This document shows positions 1 through 9,300 of a stretch of 64,000 bases of DNA, piece after piece. Source of the DNA: Prasinococcaceae sp. CCMP 1430. Taxonomy: Eukaryota > Plantae > Prasinodermophyta. A program made the translations under genes and the position numbers. Location: contig RQSC01000014.1 in assembly GCA_013416795.1 (NCBI GenBank), forward strand, positions 287,597 to 351,596. Reading direction: 5' to 3'. The notes beneath the pieces were generated by a model. It worked only from the letters and a program-made list of their open reading frames with translations, was not told the DNA's origin and did not search any database. Each line of letters starts with the position of its first letter. The first letter of the stretch is position 1.

Positions 1-888
1 GAGGGGGGTGTGCTCGCGGCGACGCTCAAGGCGCTCTCTGGCGCGCTGCGCTTCGCGGGGCCCAAGCTCACCGAGGGTGCAATGGCAGGCGTGTGGCCGG
101 CGCTCCAGGGGCCGCTGGCCAGCGACAACGAGGACGTGTGCGACGCGGCGGCCGCCACGGCAGGCGCGCTGCTCGCGCGGGCGCAGGTGGGCACGCTCGG
201 ACCCATCTGGAGCGAGATCGCCGACGGCTGTGCCGCCGACGGTGCGGCGGCCAACGGCCCCGCGACCGCGCTGGCAGCAGCACTGCGCGAGACTGGCGGC
301 GGTGCCAAGCGCGTGGCGACCGAGCGCGCGTTTGCCGACGCCGCCATGCGGGCCACGAAGGCGGCAGCGCGCTGCAGCGACTCGGTGGCGCGCTACGCGG
401 CCGCGCGCGCGCTCGGCAGGCTGCTGCTCGCCGAGCGGCGGCACGGGCCCGCCGGTGCGTACGCGACGACGCTGGCGGCCTCCGAGCGTGTCTTCCAGGC
501 GCTGCTCGCCGATACGAGCCTCGACGTGCGCAGAAGGGCGTGCACGAGCGCCAAGGTGGTGTCCAAGCTCTACCGCGGCGAGGCGGGCGTGCTGACGGAC
601 GGCGTGGTGTGCGCCATCGCCGAGAAGCTCGGCGACCCCAGCCGATCGGTGCGGGTGGCGGCCGAGAAGGCGCTCATGTACGCGCTCGACGCGCGCGCGT
701 CCGCCGCGGGCGTGGAGTCGGCGATTGCCGCGGCGAGCGCCGCGGGCTCGTCCAAGGCGGCCGGCCTCCTCAAAGAGCAGGCCAGGCGCCTCTGCAAGCT
801 GCCGCAGCACTCGGAGGACGAGGAATCCGACGAGGAGGAGCTGGCGACCAACGCCAAGCAGCTGGCGCAGAGCATCGGCGCGGAGTAG
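1..888 (+). CDS. GCN1: C-terminal HEAT repeats of GCN1/ILITYHIA (eIF2alpha kinase activator), 5'-partial
   Basis: Open frame from the window edge to TAG at 888. The end LGDPSRSVRVAAEKAL...RRLCKLPQHSEDEESDEEE resembles the plant ILITYHIA C-terminus (VRLAAERCAL...RRLSKFPEQSDDSE). Confidence 0.8.
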   Translation, partial: EGGVLAATLKALSGALRFAGPKLTEGAMAGVWPALQGPLASDNEDVCDAAAATAGALLARAQVGTLGPIWSEIADGCAADGAAANGPATALAAALRETGGGAKRVATERAFADAAMRATKAAARCSDSVARYAAARALGRLLLAERRHGPAGAYATTLAASERVFQALLADTSLDVRRRACTSAKVVSKLYRGEAGVLTDGVVCAIAEKLGDPSRSVRVAAEKALMYALDARASAAGVESAIAAASAAGSSKAAGLLKEQARRLCKLPQHSEDEESDEEELATNAKQLAQSIGAE

Positions 889-2397
889 TGAGTGAGGCAC
901 CCGGGCGCTCGCGACGGCCGAGACGCACGCATTTTGCCTAAACGATTCTGGTGTGTCACTCGATATCAAGCAGGCCCTCGCTCGCTCGTCGCGCGCCGCG
1001 AGCTGGCTCTCGCTAGCCTTGGGCCCTGCCTCAGCGCCACGCGCGAGGGCACGCGCGGGCGTCCCCACCGCGCGCTGTGCCGCCGGGCGCCGGGCCCGCG
1101 CGCTCTCGCGCGCACGCAGGCCCGAGTGCACGCACCGATGACCGCGTGCTCGCGCGCTCACGTGCGCGCGCACACAGTCAGCTTACAGCACCGTCGCCCT
1201 ACCAACCAATTGACCCGCACCCGAACCCTCCCTCGAACGCACAGTGTGAAGCACACGGGGTCGCACCCCACCCCCCAACTCGACGCGACGTGCCCGCCGT
1301 CCACTCCCTGCAGCCCCCCCTCTCCCCCGCCCCCCCCTCCCCATGCACACACGTGCACATTCCACCCCTACAAACCCTCCGGCGCGCCGTGGATTCGGGG
1401 TCTCGCGCGGCGGCCTCCCTCACCACGCAGCATCCGGCGGAATCCTCGCCCCGCGCGGCCTGGTGGCCCCCTGGGTTGGCCCCCAGGGCCATGGTTGAGG
1501 TGCGCCTGGGTTCCCACGTGGGCCTTTGGTGGCCCTGTTTGGGGCGCCAACGGGCAACGCGCGAGCGCGGGGGCGGGCGCGCGCTGGCGGAGAGGCTGAG
1601 CGTCAGGCGCTGCACGCGCGCGGCGCCAGCCTGTCGCGCGCGCGCGCGACGCGGCCCGACCCGATCCCGACGATCCCGATCCCGATCCGCGACGGAAAAA
1701 AAACACACACACACAACTCAAACGAGACGGTTACTCAGTATGCTACTAGACTAATGCACCGAATTGATGCCAACGGCCAGAATGTCACGCCGACATTCCA
1801 ACAGCCTCCGCCGCGCGCAATTCATCGGCGGGCCTTTTTTCGTGATAATCAGTCAGCATCCGGGCGATCGATCCGCTCACGGAGGGGATATTTCTGCGAC
1901 ATTGACGCGTGGGAAACAGGGTTGGCGGAATTTTCGTGTTCGGTGCGGGGTTGTTAGTGGTAGCGATGGGGTTGGCGCGATCGAGTCAGCGGGGTGACGT
2001 GGGCGCGGCCCCCCTCGCCCGGCCTCGCCTGGCGGGGCTGATCCGGGGTGCGGGCGGGGTGGCAGGGGGAGTTGGCTGCCGGTTTGACGCGGGGCGGGAG
2101 CTCCGAGGGCGGGAGCTGCCAGAAGGGCTCGACCCCCAAAAATTGGGATGTTTTTCGGGGCCGCCGCGCGGGGGCGCGCGGCGCGCGCGCGCGNGTACAG
2201 CAGGCCCTTGAGGATCCCCCCCCCTCTTATCCCCCCAGCGACGAGCGAGGGGCCGGCGGCAGCTGGCGGCGCCCGCGCATGGGGCGCGCGTGCGGGCTGC
2301 GCGAGAAAATTGCGCGGCGCCGCGACAGTGCGCATTTCCGCACGCGCGCGCCACACACCGCGCGCCAAGGCGCACGCACGGGACCCCCTCGCTCGCC

Positions 2398-4294
2398 ATG
2401 CGACAGGCGGTGATGGAGGCGGGCGCTGCCGCCCTCGGCGGCGAAGCCCTGCACGGCGCCGGGCGCCAGCTCCTCGAGATCGACACCCTCTCCTCGGAGA
2501 TCACCGCGGTCAACAATGCCGTCGACACGCTGTGGCTGCTGCTCTCGTGCGTGCGCGCGCGGGGGAGCCCGGGGACGCGAACTCGGCGACGGCGGCGCGC
2601 GCACGGCGCGCGCGCAACACGCGCGCGGCGAGAGAGACTCGGCGCATCCGTATGGCGCTGGACGCGCGAGCGCGGCGCACGCCTGCCCGCGGTGCAGGAC
2701 CTGTCGCTGACGGTGCCAGCCGTCGCGCCCCTCGTCCACATCCCTCCCACACACACATGCACGCACTCCCGCCGCACACTGCTCCCACGACAGCGCCTTC
2801 ATGGTGTTCCTGATGCAGGCGGGCTTCGCGGCGCTAGAGGCCGGCTCCGTCCGCGCGAAGAACACGAAGAACATCCTTCTCAAGAACCTTCTCGACGCGT
2901 GCGTCGGCGCCTTCATTTGGTGGTCGCTCGGCTTCCCCTTCGCCTTCGGCGTCCGTTTCAACGACGGCAACGGCTGGATCGGCGCGAACAACTTCTTCCT
3001 GGCCCAGTTCAACACCGTGGAATTCACCATCGAGCAGCCGCGCTACTCGATCGAGCTGTGGAACTTCGGCGGCGGCGGTCTGAGCGGCTACGCCTTCTGG
3101 ATGTTCCAGTGGGCGTTCGCGGCCACCACGGCCACCATCGTGAGCGGTGCCGTCGCGGAGCGCTGCCGCTTCGTCGGGTACCTGATCTACAACGTCTTCC
3201 TGATCGCGTTCGTGTACCCCGTCGTCGTGCACTGGGTGTGGTCCGGCGAGGGCTGGCTGTCGGCCTTCTTCGTGGCCCCGGACTCGGGCGACCGCGGCTC
3301 GTGCCAGAGCATCTGCAACAACCTCTTCAACGGCATCGTCGACTTCGCCGGCTCCGGCGTCGTGCACATGACCGGTGGCACCGCCGCGTTCTGGGCGGCG
3401 TGGATCCTCGGGCCGCGCATCGGCAGGTTCGGCGCGTCCGGCGAGGTGAACAGCATGATGCCGCACTCGCTGCCCATCGCCACGCTCGGCGTGTTCATCA
3501 TGTGGTTCGGCTGGTACGGTTTCAACGCGGGCTCGACCCTGGCGCTCAGCGGCGGCTTCTGGTACGTCGCCGCCAAGGTCGCGGTCGTCACGACGCTCGC
3601 CGCCGCCGGCGGCGGATGCGGCGTGGTGATGATCAACCTCATCGGGCGCATGCCCATCGACCTGGCGCCGGTGCTCAACGGCATCCTCTCGGGCCTCGTG
3701 GCGTCCTGCGCCAGCGTGGCGACCGCAGAGCCCTTCGCCGGCCTGCTCATCGGTATGGTCGCCAGCTGGCTGTACTACGGCGCCGCCAACGTCCTCAAGA
3801 TGATGAGGATCGACGACCCGCTCGACGCCTCGCCCGTGCACATGATCAGCGGCATGTGGGGCCTCCTGGCCGCCGGCCTCTTCAGCACGCGCACCAACAC
3901 TGTCGCCGCCTACGGCGACCCGGGCCCGGACAACCAGCAACCCACGGGCTTCATCTTCACCGACTCCGGCGGCAAGTACTGGGGCGGCTTCTACGGCGGC
4001 GGCGGCAGGCTGTTCGGCGCGGAGATCGTCGCGCTGCTCGCCATCTTCGCCTGGGTCTCGATCTGCTGCATCGTGCTCTTCGGCACGCTCAAGGTCACGG
4101 GCCTGTTCCGCGTGACCGAGGAGGAGGAGATTGTTGGTATGGACATCTCGCATCACGGCGGAAGCGCCTACGAGTGGCAGGTCAAGGACGGCGAGAAGGA
4201 CGACGAGAAGCCACCGCCGCCCGCGCCCGAGGAAACCGAGGGCGAGGCCCGGAGCGAGGAGACCAAGGGTGGGGACGCCGAGGAGAACGTCTGA
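2398..4294 (+). CDS. AMT1: AMT1-type ammonium transporter, join(2398..2546,2794..4294)
   Basis: Intron 2547-2793 (GTGCGT...GCTGAC...ACAG) restores LWLLLS-AFMVFLMQAGF. Motifs FQWAFA, DFAGSGVVHM, WFGWYGFNAGS, DDPLDASPVH (twin His) and the C-terminal GMDISHHGG are present. Confidence 0.96.
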
Positions 4295-4557
4295 GCGACT
4301 CGCTGACCCTTCGACCGACCTCATCGACTGCTCTCGGGCTGCGGCCCCCTCGTTTCGCAGTGTTAGCGCCTTCGCAGGCCACTCGCACCTGCTCGCCAGC
4401 TCCGGTGCCCGCGCGCTACAACGAGGAATTGGAGCTGCGCCGCGACCGATACGATGTGCGGCAGTAAAAGCAAGAAGACATATCTACAGCGACCGAACGC
4501 TTAGCTTAGTTGGCGCCTGCTCGTGAAGTTGTGCTCGGTGAAGATGCCACCGCCTCA

Positions 4558-5952
4558 CTAAATCCGACACTCATAGTTGCCGCTGCTCTGCGTGAGGTAC
4601 CTCACCCACTTGGTGGGGGCGTAGCCGCTCTTCTCGAACACCTTGAGAAAGCGCACGCGCATGCCCGAGGAGGTGAACATCGGAATGGAGAAGGTCAGCT
4701 TGATGGGCGGTTTTTCCCACGCCTTGTCTGCGACGGTCGACAGCATTGACACTCCCATGTTGAAGGTGGCCTCTGTCATGCCCGGGAACTCGCTGATCTT
4801 CCACACCACCACGCATCGCGCCTTGTCGTACTTGGACTTCCCGGCGGTCTGCTCGGTCTTCACCGCGGACGTGGTCTTGGGCACGGGAATCTCTATGCGG
4901 ACGCTGTACCCCGCGAGGGCCGGCGGATAGTCCGCGCGGACCTTCACGGTCATCTCAGCGCGCGTGCGCCCCGGCTGGTGGTACGCCGGCACGACCTTGA
5001 AAGGCAGCTTCACCTGGCCACTTTCGGTGAGGCGATACTGCACCAGATCGAACTCGCCGTCGGGCGGCACGAACATGATCTCCTTGGTTGCCTCGAAGTG
5101 CTTCAGCCTGACACACTGGTGAAACTTGAGCGAGTCCAGTGCCACCTCGCGCTTGGAGCCGAGGTTGGCCACCGCCTGCGGCCGGCTGACCTCGCCTGGA
5201 CCGCCGACGCCCGAGGCGACGCCTCCGACACCCGCGCCGCCGCCGTACGCGGACGCATCCGACTGCTCCATCAGGATCTTGTCGTTCAAGCCGAGCTTGC
5301 ACTCGGGCATGCCCGAGAGCTGCGACTTCATCACGATCCTGCCACTGACCTCGCCAAAGAGCATTTCTCCGGACGGCGTCAGCAAAGCGGACACGTTCTC
5401 GATCGTGTCGAGGAACAGCTCGTTTTTCTTGTACGCGATGCCCTGCCGACGCCAGGCGACGGCACCTGTGACGTCGAGCGTCAGGTTCTTCTGCTTCTCG
5501 CGCAGCGCGAGTATCGCGCGCGGGTCCTTCGGCATCCCCTTCTCGAGAATGAAGTCCTTCAGCAAGTTGTACGAGGTCACCTGCGGGTACCCATAGTCCA
5601 TCGCCTCGTCGAGAATGGCGTATAGCAGGGTGTACCCGAGGCGGACCTTGTCAGAGTTCAGCACGCCTCCGAAGTACTGCCTGATCGTGTGCACGAGCGC
5701 ATTGAGGAACTCGAAGGCCATGAGCGAGTTGGCGTTGAGGCGGGTGCTGGCCACGATGAATATGTCACCCTCGCGCACGAACAGGAAGGAGCTCCCTGCG
5801 CGCGTGGCGATGGGGCACACCTCGGTCTCGCGCGTGCGGATGATGCGCTGTCCGAAGTCCACAAGCGCCAAGCGGCTCACGTCGCCGCGGAAGTCGCGCC
5901 ATGCGAGCAGCCGCCCCTGGTTCGCCTCCATCAGCGCAACGCACGACAACAT
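4558..5952 (-). CDS. AP2M: Adaptor complex medium (mu) subunit, AP-2 mu-like, intronless
   Basis: Motifs DEAMDYGYPQ, LTLDVTGAVAWRRQGIAYKKNELFLD, SGMPECKLGLNDK, FVPPDGEFDL and SGMRVRFLKVFEKSGY. First ATG is at 5952. Confidence 0.88.
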   Translation of the reverse strand: MLSCVALMEANQGRLLAWRDFRGDVSRLALVDFGQRIIRTRETEVCPIATRAGSSFLFVREGDIFIVASTRLNANSLMAFEFLNALVHTIRQYFGGVLNSDKVRLGYTLLYAILDEAMDYGYPQVTSYNLLKDFILEKGMPKDPRAILALREKQKNLTLDVTGAVAWRRQGIAYKKNELFLDTIENVSALLTPSGEMLFGEVSGRIVMKSQLSGMPECKLGLNDKILMEQSDASAYGGGAGVGGVASGVGGPGEVSRPQAVANLGSKREVALDSLKFHQCVRLKHFEATKEIMFVPPDGEFDLVQYRLTESGQVKLPFKVVPAYHQPGRTRAEMTVKVRADYPPALAGYSVRIEIPVPKTTSAVKTEQTAGKSKYDKARCVVVWKISEFPGMTEATFNMGVSMLSTVADKAWEKPPIKLTFSIPMFTSSGMRVRFLKVFEKSGYAPTKWVRYLTQSSGNYECRI

Positions 5953-6316
5953 GGCTGCCAACAGCCGCTGTTGCCGCGCGCCCTCGCAGTGTGTAGCAGG
6001 TGGCGCCTCGCGCGCCTCGCGTTTCGCAACGGCGGCCTAAAAAAGCGCCGCGGCGGCGGCGCGCGCGGCCGCGGCGCCCTACCCACTCGTGCGCGCCGCG
6101 AAGGCAAGGCAAGGCACCTCTATGTAGCCGCCCGGAGCGTGCGCGCGCCCACGCCGGTCAGTGTGACGCGCGCGCGTGATTTGGGTGTGTGTGTGGGGGG
6201 GGGGGGGCGCGCCCGCCAGCACCCCCGGACGGCAACACCCCTCGCATAGCATAATGTGTGTGCGAAAGTGTGTGCTTCGCAGATGATGAAATTAATCCAA
6301 TTGTTGTTTTCCAATG

Positions 6317-9300
6317 TCAGCGCTCGCGCGGCCCCCACGAGGTGATGACCTCGACGCACTCGTCGCGGGCCTCGGCCTTGAGCGCCCTGTCGCTGCCGCG
6401 CACCGAACCTCCGGTCCAGTCTTCGAGCGTGCCCCCTTCGTCGGCGTGCGCGAGCCACCTCTCGACGGCCTCCCGCCCGGCCTGCTTCAACTTCTTGCCA
6501 ATGACGCTCCTCATCAGAAAGGCGTGCCGGATCTCGTCGGTGAGCGGCGGCTTGAGGACGATGTCGTTTTCCTCGAGCGGCTCTATGATCCTCTCGTCCT
6601 GGAGCCACTGTGTGAGCTCATGAAAGAAGATTGGATGCTTGTCACACCAGTTGTGCTTGAAGATGACCTTGCCCGAGGCATCGGCGGCTTCCGCGATGTC
6701 CTGCCTGAGCTCGTTGAGGTCGAGCGAAGGCGCGCTGTCATTCTGCTCGTCGTCGTCGCCGACGTTCATGGCCAGCACGGAGAGCTCCTCCATGCACGCA
6801 GTCTCTACCTCGTCTACCAGCTTGGCGAACTTCTGCGGGTTGGACTTCTCGATGTCGGTAAGCGAGAGCCACCAGCCGAGCAAATTGCGGATCTTCGTGA
6901 GGGAGCGGTTGTACACGAGTAGCTTCTCGCCGAAGCGGCTCTCCTCAGCGACCGTGACGAGGCTCGACGCTACCGCCACGGACACGGCCACGTATAGGCG
7001 GGTCTGGCGGAAGACGGCGAGCACCGTCCCCATCCCACCCAGCACGTAGTTGAGCACGTTGAAGAGGGCGAGGTAGAAGGTTATCTGCTTTGCCTTGCGC
7101 TCGAAGTCCGCCACGATGGGGCCCAGGCGCAGCTCGATGTAATCCTCGGGACTGAGCGTGCTCACGCCGTTGTCGACGTCGCTCACGGCGCAGTTGGATT
7201 TTCGCACCACGTTGCCGCCCTTCGCGCTCAGCGCACCCTCGGCAACCACCGACGCCAGCACTTCCTGCTGGATCTTCTGCACGCTTCGGTCGAGCTCGGT
7301 GGCGCGGTCCGACACGGTGACGGCCGCATACTCGCCCGTGCGCGTACGCCACCGATAAATCTGCGAGCGGATGCGCTCCGCCGCCAGTTTGAGCACGGCG
7401 GCCTTCTTTTTCGCTCGCAGCTTCAGCGAAATCGCAGAGATCACCGCCAGCACGATGGGCGCTATGATGACGGCGTGCTCGAGCCAATCCTCCAAGGTCA
7501 CAGACCATCCCGTCGACGTCGCCTCGGCGAGCCCCGCGCCGCGGATGGCCTCGATTGTGCAGGCCACGGCGGTGATGACCACGCCGATGCTCAGGAAGCT
7601 GTTACGAAGCCACTTCGACTGACCCTTGTAGATGTCGGTAGCGTGCGAGTACTCGCCAAAGCGCTCCCACGCGAGCCGAACAGTGGGGTCGTCCGTGTTC
7701 TTCGACTTGAGCTGCTGCTCCTGCGCGAAGAAGAGCCGCTTGATCATCTGTGACGTTGTGCCGCCGTCCACCTCAGACAGCTCGATAAACTCAATGTTGG
7801 CCTCCTGCACGATCTCGGTGATGGCCGAGTCGTTCATGTACGTGTGCCCCGCCTGCCTCGCTTTGTAGAGGCGATCGGCCACACCACCCGAACCCTTGAT
7901 GCACACAAGTGGCCAGCCCTTGCGCACGCACTCCAGCGTCTCCATGAGCGCGGGCTGGGCGCCGTTGACCAGGAAGGCCACCGCGGGCAGCTGTCGGTCG
8001 GTTGCGTCGTCTCTCGCGATGGCATCAGCCAGGTCGAATCGGTACTTGGAAATCGCCGCCTCGTCATCGGTAGGCAACAGCACCACATGCGTGTGATCTG
8101 GCTGCAGCGGCAGGCGGTCCCTCTGCCCCGGGCGCACGTCACCCGGCCAAGTCATCTTCGGCTTGGCGTTGACGGCCACCAGCGGGACGCGGTACTCGCG
8201 GTCGCGGTTGGCATACCCGGCATAGCCCGCAGGGCCCACATCCCACCCGCCGGACATCACAACAGCGTGCACCTGCTCTGCGGCGGCCATGATGCCGCGA
8301 CTGTAGACCATCTGCAGCCGCGCGATGGTTTCCTCCGGCGAGATCCCGTCGGGCAGGCGCTGGCCTGGCAGCTCGCCAGCGACGAAGTCGTCGAGCGCCG
8401 ACGAGGCCCCGATGACCTTGATTAGGCCGTGCACGCCCGCATTCGTGTGCTGGTGCTCCGAGATGTAGGATGACAGTTTCAGCATTCTCTCCACCTCATC
8501 GGGATGCGTGCCCGGGTCGGGTTCCACGACGAAGCTGGCACGCGCGCCGAAGAGGGTGGGGTCCCATACGATTCTCTCCACTTTCTCCGTCTCGCCCACG
8601 TAAGACGGCACATCTGCAAAAAACGTGTCGACGGGCAGCGGCGGGACCATGGTCCCGTAGTCCGTGATGGCCACGTATTCCGCATTCTCGGAGGGGTCGA
8701 TGTCCGATGGCGGCGCCGAGGGCGGAGGACTCGCGAAGGACGCGAGCGAGGGAGGCGTAGCGGGCTGCGGCATCAGCGCGAGCGCGCGCGCGTGAGCGTG
8801 CGATGCGCACGCATTTGACCCCATGTCCGCTTCATCGCCCGAGTCGTAGAATGGCGGCGATGGCGGAAGCGAGGCCATGAGTGGCGGCGACGGCGCGGGG
8901 GAGGTCGCAAAGCCACCAACGTTCGGCGCGCCGCGCATCGAGGACGCCATCTTCTTGGACATGACCATCGAGGATGCCACCCCGGTGACCGTGGACGCCA
9001 CCATGGGGTCGCCGTCTCCATCGTAGAGCTTCATGTTGTGCGTGTTGCACAACCAGGCGATGTAGATCTCAAAGAACTCGGGATATTTGCCCATCCACAC
9101 CTTGCCCCAGGCGACACTACCCTCGGACGTGTTCGAGCTCACATCTGCCATGAACTCGTCCAAGTTGAAGTTCAGCTCACCATTCGTGCCCTCCGTCTCG
9201 ACCATGGGCGCGCCTGGGTTCGTTGAGCGCCGCTGGTTGGACATCGCGCGTTCGCACACGCGCACGAGCTTAGAGAACTTCTGCGGGTTGGCCTGCTCGA

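Noticed and set aside
889-1690. Several 60-235 aa ORFs between GCN1 and AMT1
   Set aside because: Low-complexity Arg/Pro/Ala translations with no codon bias or motifs; likely UTR or intergenic.
8765-8812. Intron-like stretch (GTGCGC...CTGAT...GCAG) inside the SLOG-SLATT linker
   Set aside because: The GT version is 46 nt and would frameshift an otherwise open frame. Only a 48-nt GC-AG version fits, and I cannot support it without RNA data. The domain architecture is unaffected either way.
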